From contig JANQIE010000147.1 in the NCBI GenBank assembly GCA_028282295.1, positions 10,992-74,991 on the forward strand: 64,000 nt of DNA, read 5' to 3'. The stretch is from Desulfobacterales bacterium (GTDB lineage Bacteria; Desulfobacterota; Desulfobacteria; Desulfobacterales; JANQIE01). Shown here one piece after another: positions 1-10,300 of this stretch; position 1 is the first letter of the stretch, and each line of letters starts with the position of its first letter. The notes under the pieces are model-generated. The model made no database searches, was not told the DNA's origin, and saw only the letters and a list, made by a program, of their open reading frames with translations. Position numbers and translations under genes: made by a program.

Positions 1-104
1 GTATTGGGAGGTGCTCCGAATTGGGTGGCGCAGCCGCAGAATATTTTTGTTTGGGTTTTTAGCTGTGCGTGTACTTCCAGCCCGATTACCGGTTCGAATT
101 CCAT
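1..104 (-). CDS. gatB: Asp-tRNA(Asn)/Glu-tRNA(Gln) amidotransferase subunit B, N-terminal fragment (gene runs off the window start)
   Basis: Minus strand from ATG at 104-102 reads [34 protein letters not shown], the conserved GatB N-terminus. Partial, so absent from the ORF track. Confidence 0.8.
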   Translation of the reverse strand, partial: MEFEPVIGLEVHAQLKTQTKIFCGCATQFGAPPN

Positions 105-264
105 TTTTTTCCCTCTTATAAATGTGTGATAAACGGTCAGATATTGTCCGATTGCCCTTTGTGAGTCAAGCCAATTTCAGCGCCGGGTTGAATTTACAGT
201 ATCTGTAATTAACCTGTCAGTTAGAGTGTGGCCATTACCCGATATCGATATATGGAGGTAGAAA

Positions 265-804
265 ATGTCACTTTTAACTATAAATAAAAATGCATGGATA
301 GGCTGTTGTTTGACAATGCTTTTTATCCTTTTTTCCATTGGCCCGGTGCACGGGGCGAATTGGGGCTATATTACCAAAAACCATCAAATTACGGACCTGT
401 TTCAAAATTTTAAAGTACTGCCGGATCACACCTATTATTATAGCGGGCCGGATGCCAGACCATTTGCCATTATCGGCGTGCAAAATCAGTATACCTTGCG
501 AACCAGTTTGTGGAAGCCGGTTGAGCTTGATTCAGCTACTTTGAGAAAACTGGTAAACTTCATGAATCTCGATTTTAGCACTCTGGGGCAAATTGAAGGA
601 TACGATATAATCGGGTCGGCCGGCGAAAAGCTTGGTGTCTGGTACTCGATGCAGGAAGCGACCACTGTAAAAATGCTGGAGAACAACGAAGTGATGATTT
701 GGACGCCGGACACCCAGTCACCTTATAATCGGTTGGGACGCCATCTTAGGCGTGAAACCGGCTTCTCATCGGGTGGGTCGAAACCGTGGCTGCTGAAGGA
801 TTAA
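265..804 (+). CDS. hypothetical secreted protein (179 aa)
   Basis: GGAGGT RBS 6 nt upstream of the ATG. N-terminal hydrophobic signal-like segment ending VHG/A. No motif I recognise. Confidence 0.5.
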   Translation: MSLLTINKNAWIGCCLTMLFILFSIGPVHGANWGYITKNHQITDLFQNFKVLPDHTYYYSGPDARPFAIIGVQNQYTLRTSLWKPVELDSATLRKLVNFMNLDFSTLGQIEGYDIIGSAGEKLGVWYSMQEATTVKMLENNEVMIWTPDTQSPYNRLGRHLRRETGFSSGGSKPWLLKD

Positions 805-947
805 GGTTGGTCAGACTTGAAGTGCTGCGACTTTAGGTGTATACCCGGCGTTATTGGATATCTCCACGGTTCAATTAATGTACATACGATATGAAACCAC
901 TTTTCTAAAGGGGTTGGTTTGAGCGCCGACCTGTAGCCAATGGTTGG

Positions 948-2384
948 ATGGTTTTTAATTCCCTGACATTCGTTTTATTCTTCACCGTCGTGCTAACTCT
1001 GCATTCCCTGCCGCTTTCCTGGCGTGCACGCAAAGCAATTCTTTGGCAGGCCAGCTATCTGTTCTACGCCGCCTGGAATCCGCCGTTTGTAATTTTGTTG
1101 TGGGTCTCGACCCTGGCGGACTGGTTGGCCGGGCAACGGCTCCATCGGGCGCAAACGCCGATTGCCAGGAAATTCTGGCTGGTCTTTAGTTTGACAGTCA
1201 ATTTGGGGCTGCTCGGCTTTTTCAAATACGGCACGTTTTTGCTGGAGAATTTTGTTGCCTTGCTGGGGATGCTGAACATTGCGTTTCAGCCGGCAGCGCC
1301 TGATATTGTCCTGCCGGTGGGGATCTCCTTTTATACCTTTCAATCCATGTCCTACACCCTTGATATCTATAAAGGTAAATTGCGGCCCTGGCCGTCGTTT
1401 GTCGATTTTGCCCTGTACGTCACGTTTTTCCCCCAACTGGTGGCCGGGCCGATTGTACGGGCGGTCGATTTTTTGCCGCAACTCAAAAGGCCGCGCCGGA
1501 TCGACGCCAACACGCTCGGGTGGGGCTTGACCCTATTAACATTGGGATTGTTCCAGAAAGTGATTTTGGCGGATTCGGTGTTGGCGCCGGTGGTGGAGAG
1601 GGTTTACGGGGCTGTTCCGGCGGCCGGGCTGGGAGATGCCTGGATCGGCACGTTGGCATTTTCAGGGCAGATTTTTTTTGATTTTGCCGGCTATTCCACT
1701 TGCGCCATCGGTGCGGCGCGCTGTCTGGGGTTTACCTTGACGGAGAACTTTCGCTACCCCTATGCCGCTGTCGGGTTTACGGATTTCTGGCGGCGCTGGC
1801 ATATGTCGTTGTCGAGCTGGTTGCGCGACTATCTTTACATCCCCCTGGGCGGCAATCGCAAGGGAGCCGGCCGCACCTACGTAAACCTGATGGTGACCAT
1901 GCTTTTAGGAGGCTTGTGGCACGGCGCGGCCTGGCGATTTGTGATTTGGGGTGGTCTGCATGGTCTGTTTCTGGCGATTGAACGGTGGATCAAAAATATC
2001 AGACCAGTATCCCGACACCGGACATCGCCGCAAGATACCGGTTGGCGACACTTCGGCCTGGCACTGCCAACCTATCTGGCGATTTGCCTGACATGGGTGT
2101 TTTTCCGGGCAGCCGATTTTCAATCCGCATGGACCCTGATCGGCGCCATGTTTGGCTTCAGCGCCAACGCGCATCTTGCCGTGTTGCCGGTTGCGCACTG
2201 CGGCCTTGTTTTGGGGATAACCATTTTATTGTTGACCGGGCACTGGATGATGCGTGAACGCGGGTTTGAGGCATTGTGGCGCTGCGTTCCGTGGCGTGTC
2301 CAGGCCGTTGCATTGGCTGGAACCTTGGCCGCACTGGCGTTTGTGCAGGGAGAAAACCGTGCCTTCATCTACTTCCAATTCTGA
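948..2384 (+). CDS. MBOAT family O-acyltransferase (AlgI/DltB-like)
   Basis: Polytopic membrane protein. Typical MBOAT core FWRRWHMSLSSWLRDYLYIPLGGNR ... GGLWHGA with the conserved His. Confidence 0.9.
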   Translation: MVFNSLTFVLFFTVVLTLHSLPLSWRARKAILWQASYLFYAAWNPPFVILLWVSTLADWLAGQRLHRAQTPIARKFWLVFSLTVNLGLLGFFKYGTFLLENFVALLGMLNIAFQPAAPDIVLPVGISFYTFQSMSYTLDIYKGKLRPWPSFVDFALYVTFFPQLVAGPIVRAVDFLPQLKRPRRIDANTLGWGLTLLTLGLFQKVILADSVLAPVVERVYGAVPAAGLGDAWIGTLAFSGQIFFDFAGYSTCAIGAARCLGFTLTENFRYPYAAVGFTDFWRRWHMSLSSWLRDYLYIPLGGNRKGAGRTYVNLMVTMLLGGLWHGAAWRFVIWGGLHGLFLAIERWIKNIRPVSRHRTSPQDTGWRHFGLALPTYLAICLTWVFFRAADFQSAWTLIGAMFGFSANAHLAVLPVAHCGLVLGITILLLTGHWMMRERGFEALWRCVPWRVQAVALAGTLAALAFVQGENRAFIYFQF

Positions 2385-3393
2385 TCAAACAACTAAATCC
2401 CAATGGCTGACAAGCCCTTGGGGACGCGTGTGGCTGGCAACCCTGACGCTGACATTGGGCATGGTGCTCGGTTGGGAGGGCTATTGGCGCTATAAAGGTT
2501 ATGTCCCCACCATCAAGGACGACTGGGATATGTGGGCGGCTGTCCGGCGTCAGGCAAATCGGGAAGGGGCGCAGGCGGTAGCGTTGATCGGCGCATCCCG
2601 CATCCAATTGGGCCTGCACCCGGATGCCTTTGAGGCGGCCACCGGAATCCGCCCGTTGATGCTGGCTATCGACGGCAGTTCGCCGCTGCCGATCCTGGCC
2701 GATCTGGCGGCCGATCCCCGGTTCACCGGCAGTGTTATCTGCAGCTTGCTGCCGCAATGGCTGGCCGACGGCAACACAACCACCAGCCGAGCGCACAAAT
2801 GGACGCGCAAATACCGCAAGCAGCGCTGGTCGTCCAGGGTTGAAACGCAACTGCGGGTCTGGATTCAAAAAATTGCGGCCTTTCGCTATCCGGGGCTGGC
2901 GCCGCAACGTCTCTGGGCTCACTGGACCGACGGACAACCCCTGAAGAAAGTCTATGCGCCCATGCGGCCGGATCGTTTCCGGCCGGCCGACTATGGCGCA
3001 ATCGATATCGCGGGCCTGCAAGCCGCCCGTATCCAAAGGCAAAGACAACTAGTGGCCAAGGCCCAACCGCTGGACGCCGTATCGTTTCAGGCCCGTGTCG
3101 ATGAGATTAACATCCGAGTACGCCAAATCGAGGCCAAGGGCGGCCGGGTCGTTTTCATCCGTATGCCGTCCACCGGTGTTATTCGTGAGTTGGAAAAAAC
3201 AACCTGGCCGCGCCGGCGCTACTGGGATCCATTTGCCGAGCAGATGCCAGGACCTGCAATCCATTTTGCGGACGTACCGGGGTTGCGCCAATTTGACTGC
3301 CCGGACGGGTCCCATCTGGATGTCAGGGACGCGGGCCCATTCACGCGCAATTTCGTGGCCCATCTGCAAAAAAACGATTTTCGGTTTCCCTGA
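2359..3393 (+). CDS. membrane-anchored periplasmic protein, possible SGNH-like acyl-transfer partner of the MBOAT
   Basis: GTG at 2359 preceded by GGGAGAAAA, preferred over the track start at 2254, which lies deep inside the MBOAT gene. One N-terminal TM (WLATLTLTLGMVLGW). IGASR near the N-terminus and DGSHLD near the C-terminus resemble SGNH blocks I and V. Sits right after an MBOAT, as AlgJ/X, PatB and DltD do. Confidence 0.5.
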   Translation: MPSSTSNSDQTTKSQWLTSPWGRVWLATLTLTLGMVLGWEGYWRYKGYVPTIKDDWDMWAAVRRQANREGAQAVALIGASRIQLGLHPDAFEAATGIRPLMLAIDGSSPLPILADLAADPRFTGSVICSLLPQWLADGNTTTSRAHKWTRKYRKQRWSSRVETQLRVWIQKIAAFRYPGLAPQRLWAHWTDGQPLKKVYAPMRPDRFRPADYGAIDIAGLQAARIQRQRQLVAKAQPLDAVSFQARVDEINIRVRQIEAKGGRVVFIRMPSTGVIRELEKTTWPRRRYWDPFAEQMPGPAIHFADVPGLRQFDCPDGSHLDVRDAGPFTRNFVAHLQKNDFRFP

Positions 3394-3535
3394 CAGGGCG
3401 TCTCTGTGCGCCGGCCGGCATCGGCCTTTCGGGCCTGCCAAGTCCTGCAGCGCCAACCGGATTGCGTCCGCACCTGTTTTACCGATTTTGTTATTGATCA
3501 TCGGCAGCGGATATGATTGAACTGAGCAGCCTCAT

Positions 3536-4765
3536 TTGCGGGAACATCTGATGAACAAGAAGCGGAGCATGGCACGAAATTCCACGTTCAATATTTTGAT
3601 GTACTCCCATGACACCTATGGTCTGGGACACATCCGCCGCACCATGGCCATTGCGTCGCATCTCAAGGGTGCGCGTATCAATATCCTGATTCTCACCGGT
3701 TCGCCCATTGTGGGCCGGTTCACGTTCCCGGAGCAAATCGATTTTGTGCGCATACCGGGCATGATCAAGAAAAAGAACGACGAGTATTTCCCGCTTTCCA
3801 TCAGAATCAATCCCAGCCACGCCCTTGATATTCGCAAAAACATCATCACCGCCACCGCCAAGACATTTCAGCCCCACCTGTTCATCGTGGACAAGGAGCC
3901 GCTGGGGTTGAAAAAAGAGGTCCTGCCGACCTTGCAGTGGTTCAAACGGTGCTGCCCCAAAACACACACCATTCTCGGTTTGCGCGATATCATGGACGAC
4001 CGGGAAACCGTGCGGCAGGATTGGCGCAAAAAAGGGATCTATGAAATCCTGGATCAGCTCTACACGGAGATCTGGGTCTACGGTCACCGGGAAATGTACG
4101 ACCCGATCGCGCAATACGCGATTCCGGAAGCGATCCAGTCCAAAATTCATTTTACCGGCTATATCCCGCGCAAGGTCCCCGGCGTTGAGTCGGTGCGCCG
4201 GGTCAAGAAAGAAAACACCAAAAACAACGGCCGCAAACTGGTGGTGGTCACCGCCGGCGGCGGCGGCGACGCCTATCCCCTGATGGACGCCTATTTAAGC
4301 ATGCTTGAAGGGTTGGAAAAGCCGTTGCCGTTCAAAAGCGTTCTGATCACCGGCCCGTTCATGCCCAAGTCGGACCGGCGCAAGGTGGTCGATCGCGCCC
4401 GGCGGCTCGGGATCGTGGCCCACCGGTTCTACCGGCGCATGGAAGAAATCCTGTCCGCGGCCGATCTGGTGGTCGGCATGGCCGGCTACAACACCTCCTG
4501 CGAGATTCTGTCCCAGGGGACCATCTCTTTGTTGATCCCGCGCGAGGTGCCGCGCAAGGAGCAGTTGATCCGCGCGCAGATCCTGAGCGGACATTCTTTG
4601 GCCGACTATATCCCCTGGTCACAGGTGTCGCCCCCGGCCCTGCGCGAAAAAGTATTTCACTTGCTGGAAAATCCGCACCCGTACCAGGAAGCCATTTCCA
4701 AATTTAAACTCACCGGCCTGGAAGTGATGCGCCGGCGCCTGAAAACCTTCCGATGCCAAAAATAA
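3536..4765 (+). CDS. GT-B fold glycosyltransferase (MurG/GT28-C-like, COG4671-type)
   Basis: N-terminal ILMYSHDTYGLGHIRR and C-terminal GMAGYNTSCEIL are typical of this predicted glycosyltransferase family. Start uncertain (ATGs at 3536, 3551, 3569). Confidence 0.7.
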   Translation: MREHLMNKKRSMARNSTFNILMYSHDTYGLGHIRRTMAIASHLKGARINILILTGSPIVGRFTFPEQIDFVRIPGMIKKKNDEYFPLSIRINPSHALDIRKNIITATAKTFQPHLFIVDKEPLGLKKEVLPTLQWFKRCCPKTHTILGLRDIMDDRETVRQDWRKKGIYEILDQLYTEIWVYGHREMYDPIAQYAIPEAIQSKIHFTGYIPRKVPGVESVRRVKKENTKNNGRKLVVVTAGGGGDAYPLMDAYLSMLEGLEKPLPFKSVLITGPFMPKSDRRKVVDRARRLGIVAHRFYRRMEEILSAADLVVGMAGYNTSCEILSQGTISLLIPREVPRKEQLIRAQILSGHSLADYIPWSQVSPPALREKVFHLLENPHPYQEAISKFKLTGLEVMRRRLKTFRCQK

Positions 4766-6003
4766 AGACGCCAGTTTCAAAACCGGTGCTGGGGATGGTT
4801 TTGAAAGGGTATCCCCGGATTTCCGAGACCTTCATATCCAACGAAATTCTGCTGCTGGAGCAGCTCGGTTTTCAAATCCACATTCTGTCGATGCGGCAGC
4901 CGCGCGAACGGTTTTCCCATGCCAGTGTCAAACAAATCCAAGCCCGCGTGGACTACCTGCCGGAAACCCTGCTGGTGCCCCTGCCACGTTTTCTCTACCA
5001 CAACCTGCTACTGGCCCTTGATCGGCCGCGACGTTATGCACGCGCCGTCAAACTGGCGGCCCGGCGCATCCGGCGAACCCGCCGCATGACCACGATCAAG
5101 CATCTGTTCCAGGCCGGTTACCTGGTTCACAAGCTGCTGCCCCAAAGCGGCATTACCCACCTGCATGCCCATTTTGCTCACTCCCCCACATCGGTGACCA
5201 TGTTTGCCAGCCTATTGAGCGGATTACCCTTCAGCTTCACCGCGCACGCCAAAGACATTTATACTTCCGATCCGGCACAGTTGGCCGAAAAAATCGCCCA
5301 GGCCCGGTTTGTGGTGACCTGCACCGGCTACAACCGGCAATTTCTGCGCAACCTGGCGCCCGGTGCCGACACGCCGGTGCATCGCATCTACCACGGCATT
5401 GATGTGCGCCTGTTCAACGGCCTGACCGTCAATGGCCGGCCCCGGCCGCCTTACCGGCTGTTAACCGTGGCCCGGCTGACCACCAAAAAAGGATTGCCTA
5501 CCGTGTTAAAGGCCCTGAGAATCCTGAAGGACCAGGGGGTGGTTTTTCAACACGATTTGATCGGCGACGGGGATGACCGGGATGTCATCATCCGGCTGAT
5601 CGACGCGTTGGGCCTGTCCGCCTGTTGCCAATGGCATGGCACCCAGCCCCATGACGTGGTGTTGAAACACTACAAAAAAGCCGATGTTTTTCTCCTTGGC
5701 TGTGAAATCGCCCCCGACGGCGACCGCGACGGAATTCCCAATGTGCTGCTGGAAAGCATGGCCATGGGCGTGCCGGTAGTGTCCACCCAGGTGTCGGCCA
5801 TCCCGGAACTGGTGCAGGACGGGCATTGCGGCCTGCTGGTACCACCGCAAGATCCGCAAGCCCTGGCCGCGGCGGTCAACCGCTTGCTGACCGATACCGA
5901 TTTGCGCCAACAGATCATCACCGGCGGCAAAGCCAGGGTCGCCCAAGCCTTTGACAACCAAACCCTGATCAAGGACCTGGCCGCCGTGCTGCGGCAGGTT
6001 TGA
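4753..6003 (+). CDS. glycosyltransferase family 4 (GT-B)
   Basis: C-terminal EX7E-type region GIPNVLLESMAMGVPVVSTQVSAIPELV. 13-nt overlap with the upstream GT suggests translational coupling. Confidence 0.8.
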   Translation: MPKIKTPVSKPVLGMVLKGYPRISETFISNEILLLEQLGFQIHILSMRQPRERFSHASVKQIQARVDYLPETLLVPLPRFLYHNLLLALDRPRRYARAVKLAARRIRRTRRMTTIKHLFQAGYLVHKLLPQSGITHLHAHFAHSPTSVTMFASLLSGLPFSFTAHAKDIYTSDPAQLAEKIAQARFVVTCTGYNRQFLRNLAPGADTPVHRIYHGIDVRLFNGLTVNGRPRPPYRLLTVARLTTKKGLPTVLKALRILKDQGVVFQHDLIGDGDDRDVIIRLIDALGLSACCQWHGTQPHDVVLKHYKKADVFLLGCEIAPDGDRDGIPNVLLESMAMGVPVVSTQVSAIPELVQDGHCGLLVPPQDPQALAAAVNRLLTDTDLRQQIITGGKARVAQAFDNQTLIKDLAAVLRQV

Positions 6004-6004
6004 A

Positions 6005-6213
6005 GGTTGAAATTTGAAATTTGGTGGTGGTATTCTGACTTTTACAGAAAATATCGTTTTTCAAATTTCAAAGCAATCTCATTAACTTAAGCCATTCATA
6101 CGATCAACGCGATTGCAGGAGCGGCGTCCCGCCGCGGTTAAAAATGGTCATAACTCACGCCAATCTACAGTCTTAAATTAATGGCATTGAATTTCAAGTT
6201 TCCAATTTCAAAC
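6005..6213. repeat. AT-rich periodic-arm repeat locus (TTGAAATTTGAAA type)
   Basis: TTGAAATTTGAAA at 6008-6020 and its complement TTTCAAATTTCAA at 6059-6071. A further arm TTGAATTTCAAGTTTCCAATTTCAAAC lies at 6187-6213. Confidence 0.6.
6086..6146. repeat. 61-nt REP-like element, copy A
   Basis: CTTAAGCCATTCATACGATCAACGCGATTGCAGGAGCGGCGTCCCGCCGCGGTTAAAAATG. Its reverse complement recurs at 13431-13491 with a few mismatches. Contains the hairpin GCGGCG-TCCC-GCCGC. Confidence 0.8.
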
Positions 6214-6222
6214 TGCCAACCC

Positions 6223-7350
6223 ATGCGAATTTGCTACTACACACCCTTTAAACCCCTGGATCATCCCAACCCATCCGGCGATCTGATCATCGCACGAGGG
6301 CTGGCCGCGTTTCTGGCCGGGCAGGGGCATGCGCTGTTGCCGGTCAGTTCGTTGCGGTTGCGCTGGATTTTTTGGAAACCGCATCTGTGGCCGCAGGTCC
6401 TGCGCGAACGCCAGCGTGCGTTACGCATGGTGTTGCGGCATAAACCGGCGCTATGGTTGACCTACCACAGCTACTACAAGGCGCCGGACCTGCTGGGACC
6501 GTGGGTCTGCCGGCGCACCGGGTTGCCCTACGCAATTTTTCAGGGGGTGTACGCCACCAAATACCGGCGCCGGGTTCAAACCCTGGCCGGTTTTTGGCTT
6601 AACCGCCGGGCGTTGACGGCCGCCCGGCACATTTTTACCAACAAGGCCGTCGATCTGAGGAATCTGCGCCGATTGATTTCTGAAAACCGGCTGACCTATG
6701 TGCCGCCCGGCATCGAATCACGGCATTTCATGTTTGACGAACAGGCGCGCCGTCAATGGCGCGCGACCTGGCAAGTGGGCGCTGCGCCGGTTGTTCTCGC
6801 GGCGGCCATGTTCCGGCCGGATGTCAAAACCGAGGGCTTGTTGTCGTTGATCCGGGTGTGCGGTGCGCTGAAAAGGCAGGGGCTTGAGTTTCGTCTGGTC
6901 ATCGCCGGTGACGGGAGTGAGCGCGACCGCATCGAGCAGTTGGGCCGCCAGATGCTTCCCGGCTGCCTGCATCTGGTGGGCCGGGTCCCGCGCCGCCGAA
7001 TGGCCGGCTTTTACAGTGCCGGTGACGTGTTTGCGTTTCCCGGCATTCGCGAATCCCTGGGGATGGTTTACCTTGAAGCCCAAGCCTGCGGCCTGCCGGT
7101 GGTGGCCTTTGACAATGGCGGGATCGCCGAAGTCGTGCAGGACGGGCAAACCGGCTTTTTAACACCATTCAAAAACGACGCGCTTTATGCCGCGGCCCTT
7201 GCAACCTTGCTCCAAAACCGGCACCAGCGGGCGCAAATGGGCCGCACCGCCGCAGCCTATGTGCGCCAAACCCATGAGCTTCACCACAACTACCGGACAG
7301 TCGCCACGGTTCTGGATCAAATCGCGGCAACGACTTCTTATCATAATTAA
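6223..7350 (+). CDS. glycosyltransferase family 4 (GT-B)
   Basis: MRICYYTPF... start at 6223; the track start at 6181 lies in repeat sequence. Motif GMVYLEAQACGLPVVAFDNGGIAEVV. Confidence 0.8.
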   Translation: MRICYYTPFKPLDHPNPSGDLIIARGLAAFLAGQGHALLPVSSLRLRWIFWKPHLWPQVLRERQRALRMVLRHKPALWLTYHSYYKAPDLLGPWVCRRTGLPYAIFQGVYATKYRRRVQTLAGFWLNRRALTAARHIFTNKAVDLRNLRRLISENRLTYVPPGIESRHFMFDEQARRQWRATWQVGAAPVVLAAAMFRPDVKTEGLLSLIRVCGALKRQGLEFRLVIAGDGSERDRIEQLGRQMLPGCLHLVGRVPRRRMAGFYSAGDVFAFPGIRESLGMVYLEAQACGLPVVAFDNGGIAEVVQDGQTGFLTPFKNDALYAAALATLLQNRHQRAQMGRTAAAYVRQTHELHHNYRTVATVLDQIAATTSYHN

Positions 7351-7372
7351 GATTTATAAAAAGGAGACCCGC

Positions 7373-10300
7373 ATGACGCTTCAAAAAAACGTTACACGCC
7401 GCTGTGCGTTCGTCCTTGGTTTGCTCGCGCTGGTTTTTTCCTGGACAGATGGCCCCCCATCGTCGGTTGCCGCCGAGTTGGATGCCGACAAGCAGTTTAC
7501 GATTGAAGCCCTGGAGCCGGACCTGAAAAAACAGCATGTGCAGGTGACGTTCAGCACGGCGTGCGATCATAAAGCGCTTCGCAAACAGGTGAAAATCTAC
7601 CCGCCGGTGGGTCATTGGATCAGCCGCCGTGATGTGCGCGGGCATGAACTGCGCATTCGGGGCACCTTCAAGGCCGGTCAACGCTACACCGTGACCCTGG
7701 CCGACGCCGTGGATTGCAACGGCCGCAAGTACGTGCCCACCCTGCAGACCTTTCAAATGCCCGAATGGGACCCGCTGATCAAGTTGGCTGAAAAAGGCAG
7801 CATTATCGAGCGCGACAGCCGCCAGATGCTGCACGTGACCGTCCGCAACGTCGATGAGCTGGTGTTCGAGGGGCGGCGGATTGCGCCGGTGCAGTTACTC
7901 GCGGCGCTCAAGCTGGTCAAGCAGAAAACACCGCCGGACCAATGGAATGAAGCCCTGGAGGCCACGCCGGCGCCGCCCTGGCAGGCCGTGGCACCCCCGG
8001 TGGCGGGCCGGGAGCGTCAACTGTTTTTTCCGGGCGGTCCGCGCAACCAGCAGCAGACTTTTTCCATGCCATTGACCTTTCGCCGGGACAAGGCCCAGGG
8101 CGGCATTATGCTGGCCGCGCTTTCAGGCCGCGACCAACAGCGGCCGGTGACCGGACCGGTGCAACTGTTGCGGATTACCGATCTGGCCCTGACCTATAAA
8201 ATTTCCGCACACAAACTGTTGGTCTGGGTCACCTCTCTGCGCACCGGTTTGCCGGTGGCCCGAGTGGCGCTCTATGCCCTGACCCGCAATGATCAGGCCG
8301 TGGTGCTGGGACGCAGCGACCGCGACGGTCTGGTTGTCCTGACTGCGGGGCAGCGCTTGCCGCACTACCGCCTGACCGCCGAAGGGGCCCTGGAAGAAAA
8401 ACCGCTCAACCTGAACCGGGTGCGGTTTCTGGTTGCCGAGACAACACAGGACAGCACCTATCTGGCCGTGCGGCCCAGGGGCAACCTGCGGCCCGACTGG
8501 ATCACCCAGGCACGCCCCACCAGGCATTCGTCAGGCCGGCTGTTCAAGGGGCACCTGTTCACCGAACGGGGTATCTACCGGCCCGGCGAAATCGTGCATT
8601 TCAAGGGGACCTTGCGCGAACTCAAAGACCGGGAGATTCTGCCGCCCACCGATATCACTCCCACCGTGATCATTAAAAACGCGAAGAACGAAACCGTGTA
8701 CGAGCAACAACCAACCGTCTCCGAATTCGGCACCCTGGGGGATTCGATCCGGATCAAACCTTACTTCCCGCTGGGCACCTATACCCTGCAGATGAAGCAT
8801 GACGTCAAAGACAAGCAGCCCTTGGCCAGCCGTACTTTTCAGGTGCAGGCTTTCCGGCCGCCACGCCATTTCGCGGAGGTGCACTTCACGCGGGACAGGC
8901 GGCCGGCCGTCGAATATGTCAATCGCTCTGAGCAACTGGACCTGTTAAACTGCGACATCCTGGGGCGCTACTACGCCGGCGGCCCGGTGAAGCACGGCAA
9001 GGTGCGCTGGAAAGCATACTACACCGGCACGGATTTTCGGTTGGCCGACTATCCGGATTTTGTTTTCGGCAATTACATGGCCTCGCGCAGTCGCCTGCTG
9101 GAAAGTGGCGAATCGATCCTGGACGAACAGGGCAACCTGAAGGTGAGCCTGCCCGCCGGCAACCAGATCGTTGCAGGCGTCTACGGCATGGAAGTAATTG
9201 CCACGGTTGTCGATTTCGATGGCCGGGCCGCCGCCCGGAGCGCGGTCTACCAGCACCGGCCCGGCTATCTGGTCGGTATCAGTCGACATGATGCGCGCAT
9301 CAACGCCGGTGAGGCCCAGGTGTTGAAGCTGATTGTTGTCGATGCCAAGGGGCGGACCGTCAAAAAAGGCGACCTGGAGGTGGTGGTCATGAAAAAAGAC
9401 TGGACCTACATTCGCAAACGCAATCAGGCCGGCGACCTGTTCTGGGACTGGCAGGAGGTCTGGCACAAGCAGGTCACCACGGCCCTGGCCATTGAAAAAG
9501 GCCGGGCCCTGTTCGACTTTGATTTTGTTCGCGGCGGCGATTATCTACTGAAGTTTATCTACCGCCGCAAGGGGCATGACTACCAGTCGAGCACCCGGTT
9601 TACAGTCACCGGCGCTTACTACGGCTACGAATACGCCAACCGTAATCGAGGTTTCGAGAAGCTGGCCCTGCTGCCGGATAAAAAAGAATACGCGCCGGGC
9701 GAAACCATGCGACTGTACATCAACCCTCACCGGCCACTGGCCAGGGTGCTGTTGACCCTGGAACAAAATCGCATTTTGACCCATCGGGTCATCGACCTCA
9801 AACCGGAGCAGAAGTATATCGACATCCCGATTACGACAGCCCACATCCCGAATATCTACGTCTCGGTCTTCGGCACGGCGGGACGCCAACGGTTTCCGGT
9901 CTACACCGGCCAGGTGGACACCGAAGCGCCGACATTTTTATTCGGCGTGACCAACATCACAGTCAAAAACGTGGTCGACCGCTTGCAACTGACCATCGGC
10001 GAAGAGAGCCGGCCGCTCAAGGCCCGGCCGGGCGAAGAGGTCGCGCTGGCATTGCAGGTCACCGACAAGAACGGCGCGCCGGTGAAAAGCGAGATCGCGC
10101 TGGGGGTTGTGGACGAGAGTGTGCTCGCCTTGACCGGCTATCAAACCCCGACCCTCGACGCCTTGACGCGCTTCTTGTCGCCGTTGGCGGTCTTCACCGG
10201 CGATCTACGGGCCGAGCTGCTGCGTCAGACCCCCTTTGACATGATCGCCAATGAACCGGTGACCGGCGGCGGCGGGTTGAAGAAAAAACCCGAGGCGGTA

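Noticed and set aside
2254-2358. Track start of the MBOAT-partner ORF
   Set aside because: It would overlap the MBOAT gene by 131 nt. GTG 2359 with a GGGAGA RBS gives a sensible N-terminus followed by the TM helix.
3491-4150. 219-aa minus-strand ORF
   Set aside because: Antisense to the COG4671-type glycosyltransferase, whose conserved N-terminal motif supports the plus-strand frame.
7187-7372. N-terminal extension of the A2M ORF (track start 7187)
   Set aside because: The extension overlaps the 3' end of the upstream glycosyltransferase in another frame. ATG 7373 has a perfect AAGGAG RBS and is followed directly by the signal sequence.
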